Shown here: positions 51,996-64,000 of the stretch, one piece after another | How the letters are laid out: each line of letters begins with the position of its first letter | Numbering within the stretch: the first letter of the stretch is position 1 | From: Mobula birostris | Taxonomy: Eukaryota | Reading direction: 5' to 3' | Assembly: GCF_030028105.1 (NCBI RefSeq) | Contig: NC_092396.1 | Span: forward strand, 23,319,289-23,383,288 | Length of the DNA stretch: 64,000 bases | The notes under the pieces: model-generated | Told to the model about the DNA's origin: nothing | The model's database searches: none | Seen by the model: only the letters and a program-made list of their open reading frames with translations | Translations under genes and position numbers: made by a program

Positions 51996-54302
51996 TTCAG
52001 TTAACTTGCTGGCAAATCTTTAATATGTGCACTTTTTTGTTACAGTAGCTGGATGTGTGAAGTGATGGAGGACAGCATTATAAGGGTTTGGGCTAACTCC
52101 AAACATCCTTCAATCCTTCATAATACTTCAGACAATGAAGCTTGAAAACAAAGCCTGAGGTTGAAGCACTGTGCCTCTGTCACCATTCACATTTAACTGG
52201 TGGGTAGAATTATGTTAACTCTGCCATGGACAGTCCCAAGCCTGGCTACAAAAGGGGGGGGGGGCAGGGGATGGGCCTGGGGCTAGCAAACTACAGAAAT
52301 GGCAACAGAAGCTCCATAGAACTCAGTCCTGAGAGGGGAAGGATTTTTGACTAGGAGACGTATGAAGTTATATGGTGAAAGTGGAAGCACAGAGCTGATC
52401 ACCCTTCTGTTGGCCCAGAACATGGGACTCTGGGGAGCTGCGGTCAGGGGTCTTTGCCTCAGTAGGAATGATGGGCTTAAGCAGAAGATTTTGCCTGTGC
52501 TGAAGTCAGAGTTGCCAATTCAGCCTTGTGGGATAAACAAAAAATTAATTTGACACACAGATTATTTTCAATTGGCTTGTAGTGTAACATCCAGATGTGG
52601 GGACTAATTAGAGCTACTGAGTAAATCCAGACAGCAAGGGTAGTTCTTGTTTTAAAAAGCACATTCTATGTGCCAATGATTTAGCTCTAAAAATGCATGA
52701 ATAAAAAAATTAAAAATACTGCTACCTTGCTAAGAAAGTCAAATACCAGAGTAAAAACATTTATACATCAACTAGTTTATACAAAGTTATCAATAGCTAT
52801 CGATTTATGTTTCTTTTGCATTAAAATAATTCTGATATACAGGAATACGCGAGGAAAAAGTGAGAAAAAGGTTGGGTTTTAAGTGTTACTGCAGGAGGAA
52901 AAGGAAAATTAGAATGAATTAAGAGCAGAAAATGGTTCTGTGAACCTTGATCCGAACACAAGTGAGGATAGAGGGAGAAGCAGTGAGAAAAATGTGCCTT
53001 AAGAGGAACAAGCAATGCTGAGAAATGCCAAGTTACATTGTGGCAGGATGAATGAGAAAGGGCAATATAAAGTCAATGGCACAATTCTAACAAAGGTTAA
53101 GTACAGGGAAATTTCAGGTACAGGTATAGTTTGTTAATAGTGACCAAATAATTGGGAAAGTTGTTAAAAAAAAACAAACAGGATCTTGGGCTTTATAAAT
53201 ATAGACAGACAGGATTAGAGCAAAGAAATCATTAACTTTATGACTAGCACTGTACTTTAGGAAGCAGTCTTTGGACTAATCACTTTTACTCAAGTGATTC
53301 CATCACTGAGGGATTTTTAGTTGTGTGGATAGGCTGGAGGAGCCAAAGTTGAAAGAGGGGATAGTAGAGGACCCAATGAATTATGAAGGATGAAGAAAGA
53401 AACTGCTGTCATTGGTGGCAGGGTCAAGAGCCAGGGAACACAAAATGAAGTTGACTGGCAGTGTGCGGTGGATGGTTAGAATCTATAATGCATGGTCAAG
53501 GGTAGTCATGGAGGTATTTGGATAATTATCTGAAAGAATTTGCATGGCAACAGTGAGAGGATGCAGAAGTAGGGCAGCTGGAGAGTCAGCATGGACTCAA
53601 TAGGCCAAGCAGCCTTTTGTAACTATTGAGATTCCAAACAAAAATGGTAAATCCAAAGGAATGTTACCCATATCAATAACATAATAAAGGATAAACAAAT
53701 TTTGCTGCTAATTGGTTCAATTCTGAAAATCTCAAATGATCAAAATCAATTTAAATAGTTTCACTAATTTTATAAGCCACAATGTTCCATAAGAACCCAT
53801 AAAAATTTAAAACACTGGACAAGACTTTTCTTGATCTTGTCACTTAAGTTCATACAAAAATATTAATATATATCAATTAAAATACAGATAATGTATTTAA
53901 AAACTGGAACAACATTTATGATAACCTGCACAGAACCATCTCCTATAAACCAAATTCCTGCTGGGATACAAGTTCAGTGTTTTGCATTCTGCTACATAAC
54001 TCAAGTGTTCATTTCCGGTTGATGAGCCCAGACAGCAAGTGTCAGTGGGCCAGTCAGCTTCTGAAAGCATCGCATAGCTCAGCCCAATTACATTCCAGCT
54101 TTACACCTTCATACACTGGTCAGGTAAATGTGACTGAATAGATGAGGAACTTGCCTGATTCCTTAACCATTCTTTATCCAAGGAAAGTTGTAGTTGATTA
54201 TCAGTACAGACCAGGAATACATTTTTGAATGGCTCATGACCACACCCAACATTCGTCAGGGTCACTGAGAAGTGCAGAACAGAAACAGGCTCTTCAGCTC
54301 TC

Positions 54303-54612
54303 CACACGCAGATGCTGGAGGATATCAGCAACTCAGGTAGCACCTATGGAGGGGACAGGTAACACTTTGGGCCAAGACCCCTCATCAGGATTGGAAGCAG
54401 ATAGAAGCCAGATTAAGGTAGGGGTAAAGTGAAGGAGAACAAGCAGGCAGCCCCTTCCTCACCATTCTTATTCTGATTTATGTCCCATTCCTTTGCAGTC
54501 CTGATGCAGGTCTCAGCCTGAAATGTCCACTGCTTATTCCGCTCCAGATGCTGTCTCTAGCATTTTGTGTGTTGCTCAAGATTTCCAGCATCTGCAGAAT
54601 CTCATGTTTATG
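54303..54612. mobile_element. Inverted pair of Penelope-like terminal fragments
   Basis: Minus copy ~54303-54450 (CTGATGAGGGGTCTTGGCCCAAAG) then plus copy ~54450-54612 (CTGATGCAGGTCTCAGCCTGAAATGTC). Confidence 0.65.
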
Positions 54613-54619
54613 AAATGTT

Positions 54620-54830
54620 TATGGACCAAGTCCATCAGAATAACTTAGTGGCCAATCACCTATCAACTTGCACATTCTTGAGGCATGGGAGGAAACTAGA
54701 GAACTTGGAAAATATCTAACCCTGTCACACAGAGAAGAGATGCAAACTCCAGAGGTCAAGTCTGAACATGGGGCATTGTTGTCCCTGTGAAGCAGTGGCT
54801 CTACAAGGTGCACTACTGTGTCACCCAGTG
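54620..54830 (-). mobile_element. V-SINE fragment
   Basis: atgggaggaaactagag..gtcacacagagaagatgcaaactcc. Confidence 0.6.
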
Positions 54831-55482
54831 CATCTTCCCATTTTTAAAATGCAGTTCCTATGATGTGAATTTGTATATCTAATATTTCAAGTTCAATAAA
54901 AGTCTAATTAAAACCCAATTGTAAATAAAATTATTGCAGTTTGGTTAAGAATTGTCTGGGCAGCTTTACCACCCCATTCCTAAGTTCGAACAAATATTAA
55001 TGGTTGGTTAATTTCTTGACTGCAATATCTTTGTGTGAAATTTGATTTGACTCTTCCTTCAAGTATTTCTGATCAATAGCAACATCATTACACATAGATG
55101 TAGAAACCGATCACTTGGTGCAGTCCAGTGGACAGGTCCATAACTAAATAATGTTCTTAATTGCTGTGACTGGATGAATTTTACACCCATTTTTCTCTGT
55201 TTTTCATCTATTGGTTCATCCACTGATTTCAAGACGACAAACATTTTGCACCTTTGTCCCTCTTCGCCCAGCGGGAACACGATGATGCATGAAAGTCAGG
55301 TTTGTGCAACAAGCTCTTAGGGGTGAGGTATCTCCCAGGTGACCTTGATTCCAACATATTTGTAAAAATTAATTAATATGGAAATGCAGCATAAAGTTTA
55401 GTTATCTTCTAAACTAAATCAGGTTTTCCAGTTGAATTTACATAAGTATTTCCCTTATCATTGTTTCCATTTTTAAAAATCT

Positions 55483-55560
55483 TCAGTGTAATCTTCTCTG
55501 TGGAATTAATGGTTCCCTTTCATCCTTCTGTGTTTTATACATGAAAAACTGAATTAAAAT
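55483..55560 (-). CDS. SLC66A1: Lysosomal cationic amino-acid transporter PQLC2, last coding exon
   Basis: ttttgtttctccttg...tgtgcag|ATT TTA...; ILIQFFMYKTQKDEREPLIPQRRLH* versus human ISIQFLVYRRSTAASELEPLLPS; convergent to CAPZB as in human; upstream exons not found in the window. Confidence 0.85.
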   Translation of the reverse strand: MLIQFFMYKTQKDEREPLIPQRRLH

Positions 55561-55649
55561 CTGCACAGATATCATCAAGGAGAAACAAAATGTTTTTATT
55601 GCATTCACGAAAAAAAAATCAGAAAATATAAATATTCCCACTTTTGACA

Positions 55650-58600
55650 CAAGACAAAACAGAATTAGACCATGGAACCCATTGTGTATGTTCTGCCATT
55701 ACATGGCTGATTTATTTTCCCTCTCAACTCCATTCTCCTGCCTGCTCCCCATAACCTTTTACACCCTGACTAATGAAGAACCTATGAACTTCCATCTTCA
55801 ATACGCCCAATGACCTGGCCTCCACAGCCATCCGTGGTAATGAATTCCACAGATTCACCACACCCTGGCTACAGAAATTTCTACTCATCTCCATTCTAAA
55901 TGGTCGTCCTGCTATTCGGAGGCCCTTTGGGCCCAAGACTCCCCCAGTATAGGAAACATCCTCTCCACATCCACCTGGCCTTTCCACATTCGACAGGTTT
56001 CAATGACATCCCTGCTCATTCCCCTGTATTCCAGCGACTGTAGGCCTAGAGTAAAACACTCCTCATTCGATAACCCTTCATTCCTGAAATCATTCTCATG
56101 AACCTTCTCTGAGGAATCTCCAGTGTTAGTACATGCTTTCTTAGATAAAGGATCCAGAACTGCTCAGAATACTCCTAAGTGGGGCCTCACCAGTGCTATG
56201 TAAAGCCTCAGCATTAGATCTTTGTTTTTATATTTTAGTCCAGCGGTCCCCAACCACTGGGCCGCAGAGCATGTGCTACCGGGCCGCGAGGAAACGATAC
56301 AAGTCAGCTGCACCTTTCCTCATTCCCTGTCACGCACTGTTGAACTTGAACATAGGGTTGCCAACTGTCCTGTATTTGCTAGGACATCTCGTATATTGGG
56401 CTAAATTGGTTTGTCCCATACGGGACCGCCTTTGTCCCGTATTTCCCCCACTAAGGTACAGTGTTCCTCTGAAACCTTTCGTGCCGAAATGGCGTGAAGC
56501 GAAGAAGCAATTACCATTAATTTATATGGGAAAAATTTTTTGAGCGTTCCCAGACCCAAAAAATAACCTACCAAATCATACCAAGTAACACAAAACCAAA
56601 AATAACACTAACATATAGTGAAAGCAGGAATGATATGATAAATACACAGCCTATATAAAGTAGAAATAATGTATGTACAGTGTATTTGGGAAGATAAAGG
56701 TAAAAATTGATTTGTGGAGAAAAATCAGCAGTAGGCGAATGCGCACACAGATGCCCACGCAAGGCTTCATGGTCATGGTAGTCTTTCCTGGGGTAAAGTG
56801 TCCTGGGATTTGACTGCTACTTTTGTCCCTTATTTGGGAGTGAGAAAGTTGGCAACCCTAACTGTAAAAGACAAGTTGAGGTGAGGTTAACCCTACTTGA
56901 ACACCCCCCCAACCCCCATCGGCCAGTCCGCAAGAATATTATCAATATTAAATCGGTCCGCGGTGCAAAAAAGGTTGGGGACCCCTGTTCTAGTCCACTT
57001 GAAATTAATACTAAAATTGCATTTGCCTTTCACCTGACTCAAGCTGCAAGTTAACCTTTAGGGAATCCTGCACAAGGACTCCCAAGTCCCTTTGCACCTC
57101 AGATTTTTGAATTTTCTCCCCATTTAAAAAAGTGTTTTTATTCCTTCTGCCAAAGTACATGACCATACACTACCCGACACTACATTCCATCTGCCACTTC
57201 TTTGCCCATTCTCCTAATCTGGCTAAGTCCACCTGCAGTCTCCCTGCTTTCTCAGCACTACCCATCAATACCTACCTTTGTATTCTTTGCAGACTTGGCC
57301 ACAAAGCCATCAGTTCTGTCATCCAAATTACTAGCATATAACATAAACAGCAGTCCCAATACAGACCAACCAGACCAGAAAAGGCTCTCTTTATTCTTAC
57401 TTTATCTCCTGCCAATCAGCCAATCCTCGATGTTGGTATCTTTCATGTAATACCATGGGCTCTTGTTAAGCAGCCTTATGTGCAGCACCTTGTCAAAGGC
57501 CTTCTGAAAATCCAAGTACACAACATCCACCAATTATCCATCGTCTATCCTGCTTGTTATTTCCTCAAAGAATTTCAACAGATTTGTCAGGCAAGATTTT
57601 CCCTGAAGGAAAACTTGAGGATTTTGACCCATTTTATCCTGCGCCTCCACCCTTAACAATTGACTCCAACATTTTCCCGACCACTGAGGTCAGGCTAAAT
57701 GGCCTATAATTTCCTTTCTTTTGCCTTCCTCCCTTCTTGAATAGTGGAATGACTCCCATAATTTTCCAGTCCTCTGGAACCAATCCATAATCTAGTGATT
57801 CTTGAAAGATCACTACTAGTGCCTCCACAATTTCTTCAGCTACCTTGGGTGTAGACCATCTGGTCCAGGTGATTCACCTACCTTCAGTTTCCCAAGAACC
57901 TTCTCCCTAGCGACAGCAACTTCACATACTTCTACCCCCTGACACTCTCAAACTTCCGGCATACCTCTAGCGTCTTCCACAGTGAAGACTGATACAAAAT
58001 ACTTAGTTAGTTCATCCGCCATTTCCTTGTTCCCCATTACTACCTCTCCAGCGTCATTTTTCAGCGGCTCAGATCAACTCTCGCCTTTTACATATCCACA
58101 GGAAACTTTACTTATCCTCTTTAATATTATTGGCTAGCAAACCTTCATATTTCATCTTTTCCTTTCTTATTTTTTTTTTTTTTTTAAAAGTTGCCTTCAG
58201 TTGGTTTTTAAAAGCTTCCCAATCCTCTCACTTTGCACAAATGTTTCTCAATTATATGACTCGCTTTTGCTTTCATGTTGTCTTGTTAATCACGGTTGTG
58301 TCATCCTACCTTTCGGATACTACTTCGTTGGAATGTATCTATCCTGTGCCTTCTGAATTTCTCCCAGAAGCTCCAGCCATTGCTGTTCTAGCATCATCCC
58401 TGCTAGCATCCCCTTCCAATCTACTTTAACCAGCTTCTCTTTCATGTCTCTGTAATAATGATACACCTGAGCTTAGCCTCTCCCTCTCAAACTGCAAAGA
58501 GAATTCTATCATATTATAATCACTGTTTCCTAAGGGTTCCTTTACCTTAAGCTCCCTAATCAAATCTGGTTCATTACTCAACACCTAATCCAAAATAGCC

Positions 58601-59122
58601 TTTCCCCCAGTGGGCTTAACCACAAACAGCTCTTTAAAAAAAAGCCACCTCATAGGCATTCTATAAATTCCCTCTCTTGGATAAAGTACCAACTTGATTT
58701 TCCCGATCTACTTGCTTATTGAAATCCCCCATGACCACTGCAACACTACCCTTTTTACATGCCTCTAACTCTTGTTGTAATTTGTACACCACATCCTGGA
58801 TACCGTACAAATGCCTGTATATAATTCCCAGTCTTTTTATCCTTGCAGCTTCTTAACTATACCCACTGGATTCTACATCTTCCGCTCCTATGTCACCTCT
58901 TTCCAAGGATTTGATTTCATTTTTTACCAACAGAGCCTTGCCATCTGCTCTGTCTGCCTGGACGTCCTTTTGATACAATTTATATCGTTGGATGTTAAGC
59001 TCCCAACAATCTTCTTTCAGCCACAACTCAAGTGATCCTCACAATATCATTCTTGCCAATCTCTAACTGCGCTACAAGATCATCTACCTTATTCCATATT
59101 CTGCATGCATTCAAATATAACA
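55650..59122 (-). mobile_element. Long decayed CR1 in the SLC66A1 last intron
   Basis: VPEDWKI..IPLFKKGGRQKKGNYRPFSLTSVVGK; CR1 3' end near 55650-55780. Confidence 0.88.
56241..56987. mobile_element. hAT composite MITE (longer relative of 31769-32325) with an internal TAGGGTTGCCAAC-bounded element at 56353-56860
   Basis: CAGCGGTCCCC...GGGGACCCCTG; TSD TTTTAGTC/TTCTAGTC (7/8). Confidence 0.88.
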
Positions 59123-59434
59123 AGAAATGTTCGGCAATCTTAAGTTGGGCACATCAAACCAAGACTCAGGGAAAAAGTTCTCTTTACTCGCTTTCTGGTA
59201 CACTTTTTCTGGTACAAATTTTCCAACCAATGCCCTATCCTGCCAAGTTCAATTCTACCGGTTTATTTCCACGTTAACCCTCCAGGCAGCTCCATAATTT
59301 GCCAATATGTTAAACAATGAACATTCCTTTCTCAAATATTAATTGATCTTTTATCTCATAAAATCACACAAAATTAACAACACAGGAGACCATTTAGCAT
59401 GTTCTATCTGCCTCTTCAAATACATTTCCAGATT

Positions 59435-59501
59435 CAGTCCATTGCAAAAGTCTTAGGCACATATATATAGCAAGGGTGCCTAAGACTTTTGCACAGTACT
59501 G
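59435..59501. mobile_element. Tc1-type TIR-only hairpin mini-element
   Basis: tgcaaaagtcttaggcac...gtgcctaagacttttgca. Confidence 0.7.
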
Positions 59502-59769
59502 TATTTATCAATGTGGAGCAGACAGCAAGTTTGTAAATCTGGCGGGAGCAAAGGATGTTGGGAATGGCAAGGGTGGAACACTGCAGGTGGCATAGGAGTC
59601 AGGGGTAGAGGGTGGCATTGCTTGCAGAAACACCCAGCTCTGAGACACCATGGAAGGTCGATTGGTTTATTTGTTCATAACAGACTGTCTATCTTGTGCT
59701 TCCCTATTTCCAACCACAATTCCCTTTCCCTGTCTCCTTCCCACTCTCAGTCCACAACAAAGACCCACA

Positions 59770-60140
59770 TCAGAATCAGGTTTAATATCACTAGCATATG
59801 TCATGAAATCTGTTAACTTAGCAGCAGCAGCAGTACAATGCAATACATGATAAACATAGAAAAAATAATAAATTAAAATATATAAATTACATTAAATATT
59901 TAAATTAAAAATTGTGCAGAAACAAAAAAAAGTGAGCTAGTGTTCACGGGTTCACTGTCCGTTTAGGAATCAGATGGCAGAGGGGAAGTAACAGTTCCTG
60001 AATCACTGAGTGTTTACCTTCATGCTTCTGTACCCCCTTCCTGATGGCAACAATGAGGAGAGGGAATGCCCTGGATAAACATGGAGCGTTGACATCACCC
60101 ACATGACATGAAATTTGTAGATTTTTTGCAGCAGCAGCAG
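59770..60140 (-). mobile_element. Rex1/Babar 3' ends
   Basis: cagaatcaggtttaatatcac tail; same family as 12245-12572. Confidence 0.75.
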
Positions 60141-60509
60141 GACAGAGCAATACAGAAAATTACTAAGGTATGAACCTTAGGCATCCTGTAAATGTAATGA
60201 CAGTTTTTACTTCTAACCATTTTTTTTATACAAGGAATCCCTCCATCTGCATAAAATATCAATTAAAATTTTTTGCTCAAAATTTCAGCAGTAAACGTAA
60301 TTGGATAACAGGAAAACATAGGTTGATCTTTCAATGTTAAATGATCAAACTTAGCTTGATTTGATTGTAGATCAGAAGTCACAGAATATTCTTATACATT
60401 TGAAATCAACGTTAAAATCAAATAAAGGGTGCACTCGATCTCTATTGGTGAGATTAATGGTTTAACATAAAAGAGCTGAGCTATACCAATACTTGTGTTA
60501 AGCTGCTGT

Positions 60510-61411
60510 TTCTTGATTACAGTTCAGAGTTTAACACAATCATTCCTACAGTTCTGATCAACAAGATCCAAAACTCAAGCCTCTGGCCCTCCTTCTGCAA
60601 CTGAATCCTCAACTTCCTAACTAGTAGATCACAACTTGTGCGGATCAGAGACATCATCTCCACCTTGCTGACAATCAACATTGGTGCACTTCAGGGATGT
60701 GTAATTGGTCCACTGCTCTACACCCACGGCTGTGTGGCTAGGAACAGCTCAAATGCCATCTATAAATTTGCTGACAACACATCTATTGCTGGCAGAATTT
60801 CAGATGGTGACAACACAGAAGCGACATAGATCAGCTGGTTGAGCGTTGTCGCAGCAACAACCTTGCATTCAACATCAGTAAGACCAAACTGACTGTGGGC
60901 TTCAGGAAGGGTAAGATGAGGGAACACACACCAGTCCTCATTGAGGGATCAGAAGTGGAGAGAGTGAGCAATTTCAGTTCCTGGGTGTCCACATCTCTGA
61001 GGATACATCCTGGGCTCAACATATTGTTGCAGTTACAAAGGTGGCATGACAGTGGCTATACTTCACTAGGAGTTTGGGGAGACCTGGTATGTCAGCAAAG
61101 TCACTCACAAATTTCTACAGATGTATCATGACAGCATTCTAACTGGCTACATCACCATCTGGTATGGGGAGGCACAGGGGGAACTGCACAGGATCGAAAT
61201 AAGCTGCAGACAGTTGTAAACTCAGTCAGTTCCATCATGGGCACTAGGCTTTCCAGTATCCAGGACGTCTTCAAGGAGCAATGTCTCAAAAAGGTGGTAT
61301 TCATCATTGATGACCCCCAGTTGCCTAAGGTATGCCCTCTTCTCATTACTACCATCAAGGTGGTGGTACAGGAGCCTGAAGGCACACACTCAATGATTCA
61401 GGAACAGCTTC

Positions 61412-61413
<2 letters not shown>
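60510..61413 (+). mobile_element. Rex1/Babar RT fragment; its 3' end resumes at ~63085-63170 after the Tc1
   Basis: GALQGCVIGPLL..IYKFADNT; EVERVSNF. Confidence 0.85.

Positions 61414-61467
<54 letters not shown>
61414..61467. repeat. (CA)27 microsatellite
   Basis: Directly visible. Confidence 0.98.
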
Positions 61468-61469
<2 letters not shown>

Positions 61470-63064
61470 GGCATGCAGAAGTTTGGACATTTTTGGTCAA
61501 CAAATTCTGTTACTGTGAATAGTTGAGTAGAAGATAAACTGATCTCCAAACGTCATAAGGTTAAAGATGAAACATTCTTTTCAACATTTTAAGCAAGATT
61601 AGTGTATTATTTTTGTTTTGTACAATTTTAGAGTGGAAAAAAAAGGAAAGGAGCACCATGCAAAGGTTTGGGCACCCCAAGAGATTTGAGCTCTCAGATA
61701 ACTTTTACCAAGGCTTCAGACCTTAATTAGCTTGTTAGGGCTATGGTTTGTTCACAATCATCATTAGGAAAGGCCAGGTGATGCAAATTTCAAAGCTTTA
61801 TAAATACCCTGACTCCTCAAACCTTGTCCCAACAATCAGCAGCCATGGGCTTCTCTAAGCAGCTGCCTACCGCTCTGAAAATTAAAATAAATGATGCCCA
61901 CAAAGCAGAGAAGGCTATAAGAAGATAGCAAAGCGTTTTCAGGTAGCCGTTTCTTCAGTTCGTAATGTAATTAAGAAATGGCAGTTAACAGGAACGGTGG
62001 AGGTCAAGTTGAGGTCTGGAAGACCAAGAAAACTTTCCGAGAGTACTGCTCGTAGGATTGCTAGAAAGGCAAATCAAGACTTCCGTTTGACTGCAAAAGA
62101 CCTTCAGGAAGATTTAGCAGACTCTGGAGTGGTGGTGCACTGTTCTAATATGCAGTGGCACCTGCACAAATAATATCTTCATGGAAGAATCATCAGAAGA
62201 AAACTTTTCCTGTGTCCTCACCACAAAATTCAGCATCAGAAGTTTGCAAAGGAACATCTAAACAAGCCTGATGCATTTTGGAAACGAGTCCTGTGGACTG
62301 ATGAAGTTAAAATAGAACTTTTTGGCAGCAATGAGCAAAAGTATGTTTGGAGAAAAAAGGGTGCAGAATTTCATGAAAAGAACACCTCTCCCAACTGTTA
62401 AGCACAGAGGTGGATTGATCATGCTTTGTGCTTGTGTAGCAGCCAGTGGCACGGGGAACATTTCACGGGTAGAGAGAAGAATAAATTCAATTAAATACCA
62501 GCAAATTCTGGAAGCAAACATCACACCGTCTGCAAAAAAGCTGAAGATAAAGAGGATGGCTTCTACAACAGGATAATGATCCTAAACACACCTCAAAATC
62601 CACAATGGACCACCTCAAGAGGCGTAAGCTGAAGGTTTTGCCATGGCCCTCACAGTCCCCCGAACTAAACATCATCGAGAATCTGTGGATAGACCTCAAA
62701 AGAGCAGTGCATGCAAGGCGGTCCAAGAATCTCACAGAACTAGAAGCCTTTTGCAAGGAAAAATGGGCGAAAATCCCCCAAACAAAAATTGAAAGACTGT
62801 CAGCTGGCTACAGGAAGTGTTTACAAGCTATGATACTTGCTAAAGGGGGTGTCACCATGCAGGGTGCTCAAACTTTTGCTTTGGGCCCTTTTCCTTTTTT
62901 GTTATTTTGAAAATGTAAAAGACGGAAATATAAAAGTAATCTTGCTTAAAATATTAAAGAAATGTGTCATCTTTAACTTTACACCTTTTGGAAATCAGGA
63001 CATCTTTTACTCGCTTAGCTATTCACAGTAACAGAAACTTCGACCAGGGGTGCCCAAACTTTTG
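61466..63064 (+). mobile_element. Full-length Tc1 transposon with ~200-bp IR/DR-type TIRs
   Basis: CAGTGGCATGCAGAAGTTTGG left end; right end ggggtgcccaaactttt; internal direct repeats at ~61660 and ~62860. Confidence 0.92.
61845..62860 (+). pseudogene. Tc1 DD34E transposase, disrupted
   Basis: MGFSKQLP..RSGRPRK..VLWTDEVKIELFG..QQDNDPKHTSK..WPSQSPELNIIENLW; frameshifts and a stop. Confidence 0.92.
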
Positions 63065-64000
63065 TGTGTGTGTATATATATATGTAAATAATGTATTGGA
63101 TTGTACTGCTGCCGCATAACAAGAAATTTCATGATATGTACCAGTGCTATTAAACATGATTCTGATTTTATTTATCCTCATATTGACAAGTGCAGAGATC
63201 AAAGATCTCATCTAATTTAGACCCTAGAAGCACAGGTAATATTAGAGAATCTCCAATTCTACTTAGACTGTTCAGAAGCTTGTCTGCATGGATAGGACGA
63301 GCTTGGGCTCCCTCCTCCTGTAAATGTGAAAGACTATTTGGAAAAGTGGCAATGTTCTGTTTTTCCACTCCTTGGGGATTTTAGCTGCCAACAATCTTCT
63401 GTGAGAGCACTGTCAATTATCCCTGTATCCTGCCTCTCTTTATAATAATGTTATTGCCAATGGGAAAAGGGTAATGGTGCATTTCAAATGAGATACAATG
63501 GTTATGTAGACCAGTGTCCCACTTCTTCCAGAGTTCATGGTGGTACGCCCCTCCCTATCCATCCCAAAGTGAGACAGAGCAAGAGCAGAAGATGGGAGAG
63601 ATACTCTTCACTAACCACATCCTTTGTCATCTATTTCACTGTTCGCTCCCCCTACTCACATTAAACACCACTCCGCCTAGCTTTTAATTAACATTTCCGT
63701 AGTTTCATTTCTATCTACTTCTGTTATGTTTGCTATTAATCCCTTGTTAGTTTGTTCCATTACTGTGTATTACTGAAGCTGATACACTTGCTTCTTTCTT
63801 CTGTACGTACCATTGCCCAGTAGGAGTTATTGCCATAAGTACTAACTCAAGAAGCACTGAAGTAAATCATGTCATTAGCACTGCCACACCAGCTGAAGCA
63901 AGCTAATTCAGAAGGAATCAGACCTGACCTTACCTGGCCCACATAATACCATTATACCTCTGAAGCATAGCTGTCAGCAGTCAACTGCATAGGTCTCCAA

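Noticed and set aside
55059-55360. Minus-strand ORFs just after the SLC66A1 stop
   Set aside because: No recognisable homology; they lie in the presumed 3'UTR.
63934-64000. Minus-strand segment ending at a good donor (CAG|gtaagg), reading GDLCS-UGA-LLTAMLQRYNGIMWA; considered as an SLC66A1 exon or selenoprotein
   Set aside because: All three frames have stops, it does not match the expected penultimate SLC66A1 exon (..LPWLVGSLG..LD), no SECIS evidence, and it is cut by the window edge.

Overview
Vertebrate, repeat-dense genomic DNA. The CR1, Rex1/Babar, V-SINE, Deu-SINE and Penelope families suggest a cartilaginous fish, probably a ray (inference). The window covers the convergent 3' ends of two genes that are also neighbours in human. 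CAPZB (+) contributes its last common coding exon (117-193), the muscle beta1 exon (2413-2523) and the terminal beta2 exon (from 7301). SLC66A1/PQLC2 (-) contributes its last coding exon (55483-55560). The ~45 kb between them is mostly nested transposon debris. Main finding: a minus-strand Gypsy LTR retrotransposon (~22.8-26.55 kb) whose RT-RNaseH-integrase region is replaced by an intronless piece of host RBM25 mRNA, i.e. a host-gene capture by an LTR element. Other findings: a ~650-bp direct duplication bracketing a CR1 insertion (giant target-site duplication candidate), a TAA-ATG stop-start that puts the beta2 tail in frame as a downstream ORF on CAPZB beta1 mRNA, composite multi-family hAT MITEs, decayed Penelope hammerhead-ribozyme motifs, and a strong CR1 orientation bias. 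All identifications come from reading and translating by eye and recalling homologues. No searches were run, and repeat boundaries are approximate unless a TSD or TIR is quoted.
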